This document shows, one piece after another, positions 26,156 through 37,448 of a DNA stretch of 64,000 bases. The notes under the pieces are model-generated. The model was not told the DNA's origin. It made no database searches and saw only the letters and a program-made list of their open reading frames with translations. Origin of the DNA: an uncultured Pelagibacteraceae bacterium (lineage in GTDB: Bacteria > Pseudomonadota > Alphaproteobacteria > Pelagibacterales > Pelagibacteraceae); the NCBI GenBank assembly GCA_902634455.1, contig CACPKQ010000005.1, positions 302 to 64,301 of the forward strand, written 5' to 3'. The stretch's first letter is position 1. The number at the start of each line of letters is the position of its first letter. The position numbers and the translations under genes were made by a program.

Positions 26156-27873
26156 TAAATATCTGCGTAAACTCTTACTTCATTTTTACCACCTGGATGC
26201 GTGGGTGCTCCTAAATAAGCTGGCCCAACAGTTTGAGCATACTTCCAAAGTGTACCGTTACCAAAGTTTATTTTTTTTGGCTTCCATTTCTTTTTTCTCT
26301 TCGCTAGTTCTTTTTTCGACAAACGAACATGGATAGTTCCTTTTTTAGCATCCAGATCAATTACATCACCATTTTTAAGTAAAGCTATTGGTCCACCAAC
26401 TGATGCCTCTGGGCCAACATGTCCTATACAAAATCCTCTTGTAGCTCCAGAAAATCTTCCGTCTGTTATAAGAGCAACTTTTTCACCTTTTCCTTGACCA
26501 TATATAGCGCCAGTCGTTTGTAACATTTCTCTCATACCAGGTCCTCCTTTGGGTCCTTCATATCTAATAATAATGATGTCACCATCTTTATATCTTTTTT
26601 TTTTAACTGCTTTATATGCAGATTCTTCAGTATCAAAACATCTTGCCTTTCCTGTGAACTGTAGTTTTTTTAAACCAGCAATTTTTACAATAGCGCCTTC
26701 AGGAGCTAAATTTCCTTTTAAGCCGACTACGCCACCATCTTTAGATAAAGGGTTATTATATTTACGCATAACTTTTTGTTTTAAATTAAATTTAACTTTT
26801 TTTAAATTTTGTCTCATAGTTTTTCCAGTTACAGTCATGCAATTACCATGGATATAGCCTCCATCCATAAGTGTCTTAAGTAACATTGGTACCCCACCTG
26901 CTTTCCACATATCTTTAGCTACATATTTTCCACCAGGTTTTAAATCAGCAAGATAAGGTGTTTTTTTAAATATTTTAGCAACATCCATTAAATCAAATTT
27001 AATTCCTATTTCGTTTGCTAAAGCTGGTAAATGAAGTGCAGCATTTGTTGATCCACCAGTAGCAGCTACTATTGTCGCTGCATTTTCTAATGATTTTTTT
27101 GTAACTATATCTCTTGGTCTTATATTTTTTTTTAGTAAATTCATCACAGCTTTTCCACTTTGCAAAGCATATTTATCTCTTTGTTCATATGGAGCTGGGG
27201 TTCCTGCTGAATAAGGTAATGCTAAACCAATAGCCTCAGAAACACATGCCATAGTGTTTGCAGTAAATTGACCTCCGCAAGCACCGGCACTTGGACAAGC
27301 TTTAAGTTCGAGTTTTCTTAATGCGTGTTCTGACATTTTACCTGATGAATATTTTCCAACACCTTCAAAAACATCAACAACAGTTACATCTTTTCCATTA
27401 AATCTGCCTGGTAATATAGATCCACCATAAATAAAAACACTTGGCACATTTAATCTAACCATTGCCATCATTAAACCTGGTAAAGATTTATCACAACCCG
27501 CAACACCAACTAAAGCATCATAACAATGCCCTCTAACAGTTAATTCAGTTGAGTCCGCTATTATATCTCTCGAAATTAATGATGATTTCATTCCTTCGTG
27601 TCCCATTGCTATTCCATCAGTAACAGTAATGGTGCAGAATTCTCTCGGTGTTCCGCCTGAACTTTTTACACCTTTTTTAACAGATTGTGCTTGTCGCATT
27701 AAAGCTATATTACAAGGAGCAGCTTCATTCCAGGTTGAAACTACACCAACAAAGGGTTTGGCTACATCTTTTTCTGTTAAATTCATTGCATAATAAAATG
27801 ATCTTTGTGGTGCTTTATCTGGACCTAGTGATGTATGTCTGCTGGGTAATTTTTTTTTATTAAATATAGGCAT
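26155..27873 (-). CDS. ilvD: Dihydroxy-acid dehydratase
   Basis: [41 protein letters not shown]. Confidence 0.96.
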   Translation of the reverse strand: MPIFNKKKLPSRHTSLGPDKAPQRSFYYAMNLTEKDVAKPFVGVVSTWNEAAPCNIALMRQAQSVKKGVKSSGGTPREFCTITVTDGIAMGHEGMKSSLISRDIIADSTELTVRGHCYDALVGVAGCDKSLPGLMMAMVRLNVPSVFIYGGSILPGRFNGKDVTVVDVFEGVGKYSSGKMSEHALRKLELKACPSAGACGGQFTANTMACVSEAIGLALPYSAGTPAPYEQRDKYALQSGKAVMNLLKKNIRPRDIVTKKSLENAATIVAATGGSTNAALHLPALANEIGIKFDLMDVAKIFKKTPYLADLKPGGKYVAKDMWKAGGVPMLLKTLMDGGYIHGNCMTVTGKTMRQNLKKVKFNLKQKVMRKYNNPLSKDGGVVGLKGNLAPEGAIVKIAGLKKLQFTGKARCFDTEESAYKAVKKKRYKDGDIIIIRYEGPKGGPGMREMLQTTGAIYGQGKGEKVALITDGRFSGATRGFCIGHVGPEASVGGPIALLKNGDVIDLDAKKGTIHVRLSKKELAKRKKKWKPKKINFGNGTLWKYAQTVGPAYLGAPTHPGGKNEVRVYADI

Positions 27874-30500
27874 TATAAGTTTTTTACAGTAAGTGATATT
27901 TTTATTATATCTTTTTTTAAATTATTATAATTATTTTTTTCTTGTTCAACAATATGTTTTGGAGCACGTTTAACAAAATCCTTATTTTTCAATCTTGATT
28001 GAATTTTTTCCATATCAATTTGATATTTTTTTTGTTTATTTATTAAATTTTGTTTAATCAAATTTAAATCTATATTTTCCTCAAAATACAGCTTAAATAC
28101 TTCGCCTTTAATAACAAGGGAAGCAGAGGGTTTTTTTACATCTTTATTATAAAAGTTGTTTACTCTTCCAAGTTTTTTTAAAACAACATCATTTTTTTTA
28201 AAAAAAACTTTATTTTTTTTATTAATTTTGCTTAAGGATATATCAATATATGAACCAGGGCTTATACTTAATTCATTTTTAAAAGATCTAATTTGAGAAA
28301 TAATATGTATTATATTTTCTACATCTTTATAATCTTTATCTATTTTAAATTTACCGGTAGGCCAGTTTTTTAACATTAAAAAATCTCTGTTTGAATTGTC
28401 TAGTTTATTTTTTAACCATATTTCTTCACTAATAAAAGGGATAAAGGGATGTGTTAATATCAATATTTCTTTAAAAATATAGCTAGCCATTACTTTCACT
28501 TCTTTAATGTTTTTTTTATTGTCAGAATACAATATGGTTTTTGAAAGCTCTAAATACCAATCACAATAAGAATGCCAAACAAAATGATATATATTTTTTG
28601 ATGCTTCATCAAAACGATACTCTTTTATATTTTTTTCTACTATTTTTTTTGTTTTTATGAGTTCAGAATAAATCCACTTATTTATATTAATTTTAGATTT
28701 TGGGGATTGTTTTAAATTAGTAAATTTACAATTATTATGAGTTAAAAAATTATTAGCATTCCATAATTTATTTAAAAAATTTCTATAACCTTTGACTCTA
28801 TCTTCAGATAATTTTACATCTCTTCCTGGAGATGCCATTGACAATAATGTAAATCTAAGAGCATCAGCACTATATTTTTTAATTAAATCGAGAGGGTCAA
28901 TAACATTGCCTTTAGATTTTGACATTTTTTGTCCTTTTTCATCTCTGACTAATGCATGTACATAAATATCTTTGAAAGGTTCTTTGTTAATAAATTCCAT
29001 TCCAAACATCATCATTCTTGCTACCCAGAAAAAAATAATGTCAAAGCCAGTTACTAGAACTGATGTTGGATAAAACTTCTTCATGTATTCTTTTTTATCT
29101 GGCCATCCAAGTGTAGCAAATGCCCAAAGTCCAGATGAGAACCAAGTATCAAGAACATCAGGATCTCTAACTAACTGTACTTCTTTTTTATAATATTTTT
29201 TTGAAATTTTTTTAGCTTCGTTTTCATTTATGGCTACAAAAATTTTTTTATCTGGTCCATACCATGCAGGAATTTGATGACCCCACCACAATTGTCTCGA
29301 TATACACCATGGTTCTATATTGTTCATCCATTGAAAATATGTTTTTGACCAATTTTTTGGAAAAAAATTTGTTTTTTTTTGTTTTACAATTTTTTTAGCT
29401 TTAGCAGAAAGTTTTTTAGCGTCAGCAAACCATTGTTCAGTTAAAAAAGGTTCTATTATAGAATTAGATCTATCACCATAAGGAACTTTATTTTTAATAT
29501 TTTCTTCTTTAACCAATAAACCTTTTACTGACAAATCATTTAGAATTTTTTTTCTAGCTTCAAATCTGTCTAAACCAACATAATCATTTGGAGCATTTTC
29601 ATTAATTTTACCATCTTCAGTTAAAATGTTTATTATTTTAAGTTTATTTCTAATACCCACTTCATAATCATTAAAATCATGTGCAGGTGTAATTTTTACA
29701 GCACCTGTTCCTTGATCTGGATCCGCATATTCATCAGTAATAATTTTAATTAACCTGCCTACCAGAGGTAAATTTACATAATCTCCCACTATAGATTTGT
29801 ATCTTTTATCTTTTGAATTTACTGCTACAGCAGTATCTCCCAACATTGTTTCAGGTCTTGTGGTTGCTATAATTATAAATTTATTACTTTTATCTATAGG
29901 ATATTTTATATGATAAAGTTTTGAGTTTACCTCTCTTTGGTCAACTTCAAGATCTGATATAGCTGTTTTTAATTTTGTATCCCAATTAACCAATTTTTTT
30001 GATTTAAAAATTATTTTTTTTTTATGAAGATCTACAAAAACTTTTAATACGCATTTAGATAAATTTTCGTCCATTGTAAAAGCATTTCTTGACCAATCAC
30101 ATGAGCAACCCAATTTTTTTAATTGGTTAATTATTATATCGCCATACTCATTTTTCCACTTCCAAACTTTTTCAACAAACTTTTCACGTCCAATTTTATT
30201 TTTTTCAATACCTTCATCTTTAAGTTTTTTTTCAACTAAAGCTTGAGTTGCAATTCCTGCATGATCAGTTCCTGGTTGCCATAAAGTCTCATAACTATTC
30301 ATCCTGTGGTATCTGGTTAACAAGTCTTGTATGGAGTTGTTTAAAGCATGCCCCATGTGTAAACTTCCGGTAACATTTGGTGGTGGTATTACTATAGAAA
30401 ATTTTTTTTTATTTTTTTTTGGTTTAAATAGGTTGTTTTTTTGCCAATATGAATAGATTCTATTCTCAACTTCAAAATGATTATATTTATCAGAACTCAT
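27873..30500 (-). CDS. valS: Valyl-tRNA synthetase
   Basis: [40 protein letters not shown]. Confidence 0.97.
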   Translation of the reverse strand: MSSDKYNHFEVENRIYSYWQKNNLFKPKKNKKKFSIVIPPPNVTGSLHMGHALNNSIQDLLTRYHRMNSYETLWQPGTDHAGIATQALVEKKLKDEGIEKNKIGREKFVEKVWKWKNEYGDIIINQLKKLGCSCDWSRNAFTMDENLSKCVLKVFVDLHKKKIIFKSKKLVNWDTKLKTAISDLEVDQREVNSKLYHIKYPIDKSNKFIIIATTRPETMLGDTAVAVNSKDKRYKSIVGDYVNLPLVGRLIKIITDEYADPDQGTGAVKITPAHDFNDYEVGIRNKLKIINILTEDGKINENAPNDYVGLDRFEARKKILNDLSVKGLLVKEENIKNKVPYGDRSNSIIEPFLTEQWFADAKKLSAKAKKIVKQKKTNFFPKNWSKTYFQWMNNIEPWCISRQLWWGHQIPAWYGPDKKIFVAINENEAKKISKKYYKKEVQLVRDPDVLDTWFSSGLWAFATLGWPDKKEYMKKFYPTSVLVTGFDIIFFWVARMMMFGMEFINKEPFKDIYVHALVRDEKGQKMSKSKGNVIDPLDLIKKYSADALRFTLLSMASPGRDVKLSEDRVKGYRNFLNKLWNANNFLTHNNCKFTNLKQSPKSKININKWIYSELIKTKKIVEKNIKEYRFDEASKNIYHFVWHSYCDWYLELSKTILYSDNKKNIKEVKVMASYIFKEILILTHPFIPFISEEIWLKNKLDNSNRDFLMLKNWPTGKFKIDKDYKDVENIIHIISQIRSFKNELSISPGSYIDISLSKINKKNKVFFKKNDVVLKKLGRVNNFYNKDVKKPSASLVIKGEVFKLYFEENIDLNLIKQNLINKQKKYQIDMEKIQSRLKNKDFVKRAPKHIVEQEKNNYNNLKKDIIKISLTVKNL

Positions 30501-30625
30501 TGCAACATTTAGTTTATAAATTAATCATTCGAATACACAATAATGAATTTAAAGCGAAAATTGATAGACTAATTAAAAAAATCAATTATATAAACAATTG
30601 TTAGATCAGATTATTATAGATTTGT

Positions 30626-30699
30626 GGCAACGTGGCGGAATGGTTACGCAGAGGATTGCAAATCCTTGTATCCGAGTTCGATTCTCGGCGTTGCCTCCA
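30626..30699 (+). tRNA. tRNA-Cys (GCA)
   Basis: GGCAACG/CGTTGCC acceptor stem, GAGGA-TTGCAAA-TCCTT anticodon arm, GTTCGA T-loop, encoded CCA. Confidence 0.95.
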
Positions 30700-30749
30700 A
30701 AAAAAGTAGTTGTTTTAGATAAAAAAAAAAGTAAGTTCTCAATCTATAT

Positions 30750-30825
30750 TCCTCGGTAGCTCAGTTGGTAGAGCAGTTGACTGTTAATCAATTGGTCGCA
30801 GGTTCGAGTCCTGCCCGAGGAGCCA
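30750..30825 (+). tRNA. tRNA-Asn (GTT)
   Basis: TCCTCGG/CCGAGGA acceptor stem, GTTGA-CTGTTAA-TCAAT anticodon arm, GTTCGAG, CCA. Confidence 0.96.
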
Positions 30826-30829
30826 AAAA

Positions 30830-31201
30830 TTACATAGCCTTTGCTATACCTTGTACAACAGATTGTATACTTTTATTAAATTTAATTTTTTGATCGGATG
30901 ATAATTCTGAATATAACTTAACTAAAAAATTATAGTTTACATTCATGTGTCCTTCTTTAGATCTCTCAATATTTATTAGATATTCGGAAAAATCTTCAAA
31001 AAAATAATTTATCGGAACTTTTAGATAGTTTGATAGCTGTAATAATCTAATCGAACTAACTCCATTTGTACCTTTTTCATACTTTTGAATTTGTTGAAAT
31101 GTAACATTAATAGCTTTAGCTACTTTTGTTTGTGTTAAACCTAGCGCTAATCTTCTTAGCTTAAGTTTGTTTCCCAGATGTTTGTTAAAATTTTCTTCCA
31201 T
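30830..31201 (-). CDS. XRE-family HTH transcriptional regulator
   Basis: GLTQTKVA...VTFQQIQKYEKGTN, a pattern typical of alphaproteobacterial XRE proteins; GAGGGG RBS. Confidence 0.88.
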   Translation of the reverse strand: MEENFNKHLGNKLKLRRLALGLTQTKVAKAINVTFQQIQKYEKGTNGVSSIRLLQLSNYLKVPINYFFEDFSEYLINIERSKEGHMNVNYNFLVKLYSELSSDQKIKFNKSIQSVVQGIAKAM

Positions 31202-31347
31202 TAAGACCCCTCTTAAAAAAACAAATTCAAGCCTATATGAGAATGAATTGCAACCCCTAAAATATTTTTTTTTTGGTCTAAATAGTCCTTGACATATATA
31301 TAAAACAACTAAAATTATTGTAGATTTATATAAATAAATTAGAATTA

Positions 31348-32082
31348 TTATAAAATTTGACTCAAAAAAAGCTTAGTTCTATCGCTTTTGGGGCTTGCAA
31401 AAAACTCTTTTGTTTCAGCTCTTTCGACGATCATACCTTCATCCATAAATATTACTTCGTCGGCTACTTCTTTAGCAAAACCCATTTCATGAGTAACCAC
31501 TATCATTGTCATTCCTGCTTTAGCTAAATTAACCATAGCATCAAGAACTTCTTTAATCATTTCAGGGTCTAAAGCCGAAGTAGGTTCGTCAAACAACATA
31601 ATTTTAGGCTGCATACATAAGGCTCTTGCTATAGCACATCTTTGTTGTTGTCCGCCTGATAATTGTCCAGGAAATTTATTAGCCTGATCATCAATTTGAA
31701 CTTGCTTCAATTGTTTTAAAGCTAATTCTTCAGCTTCTTTTTTTGGCATTTTCTTTACCCAAATTGGAGCCAGCGTACAATTATCAAGTATTGATAAATG
31801 AGGAAATAGATTAAATTGTTGAAACACCATTCCAACATTTGCTCTAATACTTTCTATATCTTTAGTATCTTCAGTTAATTCATTGCCATCAACAATTATT
31901 TTTCCTTTTTGGTGCTCCTCTAAACGGTTAATACATCTAATCAAAGTTGATTTTCCTGATCCAGACGGTCCACAAACAACAATTTTTTTATTTGCTTCAA
32001 CCTCTAAATTAATGTCTTTTAAAACTTGAAAATCACCAAACCATTTGTTCATATTTTCAATCTTAATTATCGAATTAGACAT
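31348..32082 (-). CDS. aapP: General L-amino acid ABC ATP-binding protein
   Basis: [28 protein letters not shown]. Confidence 0.93.
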   Translation of the reverse strand: MSNSIIKIENMNKWFGDFQVLKDINLEVEANKKIVVCGPSGSGKSTLIRCINRLEEHQKGKIIVDGNELTEDTKDIESIRANVGMVFQQFNLFPHLSILDNCTLAPIWVKKMPKKEAEELALKQLKQVQIDDQANKFPGQLSGGQQQRCAIARALCMQPKIMLFDEPTSALDPEMIKEVLDAMVNLAKAGMTMIVVTHEMGFAKEVADEVIFMDEGMIVERAETKEFFASPKSDRTKLFLSQIL

Positions 32083-32090
32083 TGTTTAAT

Positions 32091-33533
32091 TTATCTTTCT
32101 GTTTTGTATTTTAATTCTAAATTATAACTATATTTACTCATTGCATAACAAATTATCCAGAAAATAATTGCTGCAAAAACATATCCTTCCATAGCATAAC
32201 CTAACCATTCAGGGTTAGTTTTTGCCAAATTTAGCATTCCAACAAGTTCTAATAATCCAACAACAAATATTAAAGGCGTATCTTTAACTAGTGCTAAAAA
32301 TGTATTTGCTATTCCGGGAATTACTAATTTTAAAGCTTGAGGTAAAATTACTAAAATATGCATTTTCCAATAATCCATTCCAAGAGATTTTGCTGCATCA
32401 TATTGACCTCTTGGTAGTGCCTGTAGGCCACCTCTTATAACTTCAGCAACATATGCAGCTTCGAATAAAGAAATGGCAATAATAACTCTTACTAATTTAT
32501 CCATAAAAAAATCTTCAGGCAAAAACATTGGAAACATTACTGAAGACATAAATAAAACTGTTATTAATGGAACTCCTCTCCAAAATTCAATAAATCCTAT
32601 TGAAATGTATCTTATTGTTGGCATTTCAGATCTTCTTCCTAGAGCTAAAAACATTCCAACTGGAAAACAGAAAATTAAGCAAAAAAATGAAACAATAAAA
32701 GTTAGAGAAAGACCTCCCCACGCACCTGTTTCGACCCAATTTAATCCATTTAATTTTCCTAAATCTATAGATTCCTCGTAAAAGAAAAAGTATTTCAAAG
32801 ATATATATAAGATTATTGGTATCAATAAAAAATACCAAGTTTTAAATTTTTTAGGAATAAAAAAACCAATTATTAATGAAATAGAAAAAGCTATTATTCC
32901 ATAAGAAAATTCAAAAAATACAGGACCACCTGAAATAAAAAAGAATATAAATAAAAAAGCTATAAATGGATAAATGACAACATAATACAATGTTAAATAT
33001 TTTTTTAATTTTTCTGTAGCAAAATAACCAACTGAACCTAGGGCTAATAAAGAAATAAATGATAAATTAATTCTCCATTGTTCCGCATTTGGATACATTC
33101 CATAAATAAATCTTCTTAACCAAATTTTAATGTAAGTCCAGCAAGCACCTGTGCCTGTACAAGCATCTTTGGTATCACCTGTGATATTAGCATCTAAAAT
33201 AAACCAGCTCATTACAGGAGGTATTGATTTTATAACAACAAAAATAATTATAAGACTTAAGAAAGCATTAAAATTATTTGTATTAATATTTTTATTAAGT
33301 AAATCTAAACTCTTGATACCTGAAAATTCAATTCTAATTAAATATAAACCAAATAGACCTAATACCAATGGTAAGATAAAACTTATAAAATTAGGTAAAA
33401 AAGAAGTTATATTTATTGCAAAAAAAGAATTTAAAAAAACGTCTAATGTACTTATAAAAAACAAGAATGAACCTGTGTAAATATATTTATAAAGATTGCT
33501 TGAATCTGGTTTTAGTAAATTAAATTTATTCAT
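32091..33533 (-). CDS. aapM: General L-amino acid ABC permease
   Basis: GACW, YP..EQWR, WGGL, RGVPLI, AEVIRGGLQ. Confidence 0.9.
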   Translation of the reverse strand: MNKFNLLKPDSSNLYKYIYTGSFLFFISTLDVFLNSFFAINITSFLPNFISFILPLVLGLFGLYLIRIEFSGIKSLDLLNKNINTNNFNAFLSLIIIFVVIKSIPPVMSWFILDANITGDTKDACTGTGACWTYIKIWLRRFIYGMYPNAEQWRINLSFISLLALGSVGYFATEKLKKYLTLYYVVIYPFIAFLFIFFFISGGPVFFEFSYGIIAFSISLIIGFFIPKKFKTWYFLLIPIILYISLKYFFFYEESIDLGKLNGLNWVETGAWGGLSLTFIVSFFCLIFCFPVGMFLALGRRSEMPTIRYISIGFIEFWRGVPLITVLFMSSVMFPMFLPEDFFMDKLVRVIIAISLFEAAYVAEVIRGGLQALPRGQYDAAKSLGMDYWKMHILVILPQALKLVIPGIANTFLALVKDTPLIFVVGLLELVGMLNLAKTNPEWLGYAMEGYVFAAIIFWIICYAMSKYSYNLELKYKTER

Positions 33534-34684
33534 TATTTTTCTTTTATTGCTATTGATTTATTGTACCAATTCATCAAAACTGAAATTGACAAACTGATTG
33601 ATAAATATGTTAACATCGTAATTGAAACTATTTCTATAGCTCTGCCAGTTTGCATTAATGCTGTACCTGCAAAAACTAAAACTATATCTGGATAAGCTAT
33701 TGCAGCAGCTAGAGAAGAATTTTTAGTTAAATTTAAATATTGGTTTGTTGTAGGTGGAATAATAATTCTTAATGCTTGAGGCATTACTACTAATTTTAAA
33801 ATTTGATTAGGTGTTAGGCCAATTGATGCTGCAGCCTCTTTTTGTCCTTTGCTAATACCTTGAATTCCTGCTCTTACACATTCAGCAATAAATGTAGCAG
33901 TATATAAACCTAGAGCAAGAGTTAAGGCTATAAGCTCAGGAGGTATACCAAGGCCTCCTTCGTATATATAAGATGTGTTTGATATTTGTTTTAATAACGG
34001 TATTGAAAAATCTAACGAAACTCCACCAATTAGAAAAGTTAATAAAGGTAAAATTATAAATAGACATACTGAAATAAAAAAAACTGGTAATTGTTTTCCT
34101 TCATTTTCTTGCAATTTTCTTGCATAATTTTTAATTACTAAAACTGAAACTATTGCAGCAATTATTGAATAAAAAAATATATCTAAATTTTCCCATACAA
34201 ATTTAGGTACAAACAATCCTTTAATTGTCAGAAAAAAAACACCAAACATTGAATCAGCATCTTGAGGCAAAGGAAGAGCTCTTAAAGCTGCAAAATACCA
34301 AAAAAATATTTGAAGTAATAAAGGTATATTTCTAAAAAATTCTACATACCAAGCTGCAGCTTTTTCTATTAAATAATTAGGTGAAAGACGTGCTATTCCA
34401 ATTATAATTCCAAGTATTGTTGATAATATAATTCCTATAAAGGCAACCAAAAGTGTATTCAATAAACCAACAAGATATGCTCTAGCATAAGAATGTGATC
34501 CATCATATTCGATCAATGAAAACTGAACATCAAAAGAAGACTCTTGAGTTAAAAAACCAAAACCAAACTCAATACCCCTGTTTTCCATGTTAACTTGGGC
34601 ATTAAATGTAAAAAAACCAAAAACTATAATTACAACTAATAATGTAAGTAGCTGAGGTACTAGTTTTTTAAGCTTAAAATTCAT
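33533..34684 (-). CDS. aapQ: General L-amino acid ABC permease
   Basis: GLLNT, RNIPLLLQ, AECVRAGI, YLNLTKNSSL. Confidence 0.92.
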   Translation of the reverse strand: MNFKLKKLVPQLLTLLVVIIVFGFFTFNAQVNMENRGIEFGFGFLTQESSFDVQFSLIEYDGSHSYARAYLVGLLNTLLVAFIGIILSTILGIIIGIARLSPNYLIEKAAAWYVEFFRNIPLLLQIFFWYFAALRALPLPQDADSMFGVFFLTIKGLFVPKFVWENLDIFFYSIIAAIVSVLVIKNYARKLQENEGKQLPVFFISVCLFIILPLLTFLIGGVSLDFSIPLLKQISNTSYIYEGGLGIPPELIALTLALGLYTATFIAECVRAGIQGISKGQKEAAASIGLTPNQILKLVVMPQALRIIIPPTTNQYLNLTKNSSLAAAIAYPDIVLVFAGTALMQTGRAIEIVSITMLTYLSISLSISVLMNWYNKSIAIKEK

Positions 34685-34708
34685 AAATTAAAAAAGAAAG
34701 ATACTAAA

Positions 34709-34738
34709 AAAAAGGGCTAGAAAAATCTAGCCCTTTTT
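34709..34738 (-). terminator. Rho-independent terminator/attenuator after aapJ
   Basis: AAAAAGGGCTAGA-aaaa-TCTAGCCCTTTTT hairpin with T-run. Confidence 0.8.
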
Positions 34739-34757
34739 AAAGTTTATTAGATAAAAA

Positions 34758-35798
34758 TTATCTTGCAGGTGGTACGTAAAGAATTCCGCCTCTAGTCCAT
34801 AATTCATTTGGACCTCTATCAGGCAAAATACCTGTGTCTGCTATATTTCTCTTATAGCTTTCACCGTAGTTACCAACTTGTTTGATAATTCTTAAACTCC
34901 AATCGTTATCTAAACCGAATGCTGCACCTAATTCACCCTCAGCACCAACTAATCTCTTGATTGCTGGGTTGTCAGATGATTTCATTGAGTCTGCATTTCC
35001 AGAATTAACACCATATTCTTCTGCTTCGATCATTACGTTTAAAGACCATCTTACGATATCTTCCCAAACAGAATCACCTTGTCTAACAACAGGGCCTAAT
35101 GGCTCTTTTGAAATAGTTTCAGGTAAAACTATATGATCGTCTGGAGCACTCAATTTAATTCTTTGAGCAGCTAAACCAGATTTATCAGTAGTGTAAGTAT
35201 CGCATCTTCCAGCATCATATGCTGCAACAACTTCATCAGCTTTTTCGAAAGTTACTGGCTCGTAAGAGATTCCTTTTGAATTAAAAAAGTCTCTCATGTT
35301 AAGCTCAGTTGTTGTTCCAAGGTTAGTACATGCAGAAATTCCATCTTTAAAATCATTCACAGATGTATATCCTGAATTTTTTCTAACCATGAAGCCTTGA
35401 CCGTCATAGAAGTTTACTCCTACGAAAGTAAGACCAATGTCAGCATCTCTAGAAAGTGTCCATGTTGTGTTTCTTGATAAGATATCAATCTCACCAGAAG
35501 TTAGAGCTGTAAATCTTTCTTTAGCACTTAGTGGAGTGAATTTTACTTTATTCGCATCACCTAGTACCGCAGCAGCAACTGCTCTACAAACATCAACGTC
35601 TACACCAGTCCAATTTCCAGATGCATCAGCATTAGAAAATCCTGGAAGACCTTGAGAAACACCACATCTTACAAAACCTTTTTTCTGAGTGTTTTTAAGC
35701 GTTTTTGATTTCTTCGCAGCCATAGCTTCTGTAGTAAAGGTAAATAGAACAGCAAGCATAGCTATTAAAGAAGTCAATTGTTTTATTAATTTAAACAT
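34758..35798 (-). CDS. aapJ: General L-amino acid ABC solute-binding protein
   Basis: CGVSQGLPGFS, RFTALTSGEIDILSRNTTWT, FYDGQGF, ISKEPLGP, VGNYGE. Confidence 0.95.
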   Translation of the reverse strand: MFKLIKQLTSLIAMLAVLFTFTTEAMAAKKSKTLKNTQKKGFVRCGVSQGLPGFSNADASGNWTGVDVDVCRAVAAAVLGDANKVKFTPLSAKERFTALTSGEIDILSRNTTWTLSRDADIGLTFVGVNFYDGQGFMVRKNSGYTSVNDFKDGISACTNLGTTTELNMRDFFNSKGISYEPVTFEKADEVVAAYDAGRCDTYTTDKSGLAAQRIKLSAPDDHIVLPETISKEPLGPVVRQGDSVWEDIVRWSLNVMIEAEEYGVNSGNADSMKSSDNPAIKRLVGAEGELGAAFGLDNDWSLRIIKQVGNYGESYKRNIADTGILPDRGPNELWTRGGILYVPPAR

Positions 35799-35935
35799 TA
35801 TTTCTTCCTCTTGTTTGTTTATTTATTTGTTAACAAATAATTCAAAAACTAATTTGAATTTCTATAAGTAAAGCAGAAAGTAATAAATGCATCAATGGTA
35901 AATTAATCGCACTAGTTAATGCTTATTAGATGCTA

Positions 35936-36012
35936 TGGCGCGCCCTGAAGGATTCGAACCTCCGACCCACGGTTTAGAAAACCGTTGCTCTATCCAGCTG
36001 AGCTAAGGGCGC
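35936..36012 (-). tRNA. tRNA-Arg (TCT)
   Basis: Reverse complement reads GCGCCCTTAGCTCAGCTGGATAGAGC ACGGT-TTTCTAA-ACCGT ...GTTCGAATCC...GGGCGCGCCA. Confidence 0.95.
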
Positions 36013-36037
36013 GTAACACTATACTTATAATAGAAAA

Positions 36038-37444
36038 TTAATTTTTAAAAAGAAATTTTTTACCGATAATTAAAAGTGTTATAAGTTCAACTCTGCCGAT
36101 AATCATAAAAGTTATCAATATAAGTTTGGCCTGAATTGTTAAATTAACAAAATTAATATCAGCAACACTGTACATAGATGAATTCACTGTGTTCATTAAA
36201 GTTAAAATACCAAGTTTAAAAGAATTTTCAAAATTAATATCACTCAAAGTAAGCAAAGATGAGACAACAAAAAGAGATATAACAAAAACTAAAATTGATA
36301 GAAAATATTTATTTATGTCATTCAGCTCAACATTAGAACCAGAAAAAATAAATTTGTTAGTGTAGACATGTTTTGGTTTCGAATAAGATAAAATTTCATT
36401 TATTGAAAATTTAATTAGACTATAAATTTTTAAAAACCTTATACCTGAACTGGTGGAATAAAAAGAACCACCAATAATAACAAGTATTAAAAAAATAAAA
36501 TGTAAATTATTAGGTGTATTATTTAAGGAAAAACCAATATTTGAAATACTGCTGACTATTGAAAAAAAAATTGCTGTAAAATTATTGTCATAATTAAAAA
36601 AAATAAAAAAAATAAAAATAATAAATATTAAATAAAGAAAAAGATAAAAATCCTCAGTAAAAAAATTTAAACTTTTATTTTTAATAAAAATTAAATTATA
36701 AGATAGAAATAAACTAAAAAAAGAAATAAGCATTAAAATTGAAAAAGTTATTTGTTTAGTATCTGAATTTAATATTGTAGCAATATTATTTGTTGGCATG
36801 AAGCCTCCTGATGAAATAATGGTCATAGACAAATTTAAAGCATCAAAAATTCTTAAATCAATTAAATTTAAAACTATGAATAAAAATAATGTTAATGATG
36901 TATAAAGAATTAATATTTTAAAAGATTGTTTTAATATTTCACTTGTATTAAATGATATAAAATTTGTAAGAGATTTTTTTAAACTGTTATCAAAAATATC
37001 AATTAATAAAACAATTGAAAAAAGGAAATAAATACCACCAATCCACTGTGAGGTCGATCTCCATAAAATTAAACTTTTATCAATATGTTTTACATTTTCA
37101 AATATTGTGAAACCTGTTGATGTAAAACCCGAGATAGACTCAAAATAAGCATCTAATAGTGAAATATTATTAATGCTTAAATAAAATGGTATAGAAATAA
37201 TTATTGGTATAGCAATATAACCAACAATCATTGTTAATATTTTTTCGTAATTAGTTATTTTAATTTCAGTTTTTTTTGGAATAAAAAAAACTACACCAAA
37301 CAATAGTGAAATAAATAAAGTGTATAAGTAGCTATCAATATTTAAATATAGATTAAAATAATAAGAATAAATAATATTTATAAATGATAATCCAGATATT
37401 AATAAAAAAAAAACTCCTAAAAAGTTTAAACTAAATCTGTTCAT
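36038..37444 (-). CDS. trkH: Trk K+ uptake membrane subunit (divergent)
   Basis: FESISGFTSTG, WIGG, SSGGF, IIGG..STSSGIR, IGRVE; downstream of trkA. Confidence 0.85.
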   Translation of the reverse strand: MNRFSLNFLGVFFLLISGLSFINIIYSYYFNLYLNIDSYLYTLFISLLFGVVFFIPKKTEIKITNYEKILTMIVGYIAIPIIISIPFYLSINNISLLDAYFESISGFTSTGFTIFENVKHIDKSLILWRSTSQWIGGIYFLFSIVLLIDIFDNSLKKSLTNFISFNTSEILKQSFKILILYTSLTLFLFIVLNLIDLRIFDALNLSMTIISSGGFMPTNNIATILNSDTKQITFSILMLISFFSLFLSYNLIFIKNKSLNFFTEDFYLFLYLIFIIFIFFIFFNYDNNFTAIFFSIVSSISNIGFSLNNTPNNLHFIFLILVIIGGSFYSTSSGIRFLKIYSLIKFSINEILSYSKPKHVYTNKFIFSGSNVELNDINKYFLSILVFVISLFVVSSLLTLSDINFENSFKLGILTLMNTVNSSMYSVADINFVNLTIQAKLILITFMIIGRVELITLLIIGKKFLFKN

Positions 37445-37448
37445 ACTT

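Noticed and set aside
30626-31201. tRNA-anchored prophage or integrative element (tRNAs plus an XRE gene)
   Set aside because: No integrase and no duplicated tRNA 3' end seen. The XRE protein is the common alphaproteobacterial QQIQKYE type.
31289-31315. Antisense promoter TTGACA...TAAAAT pointing into aapP
   Set aside because: The spacer is 15 bp, and such hexamers are frequent in AT-rich DNA.
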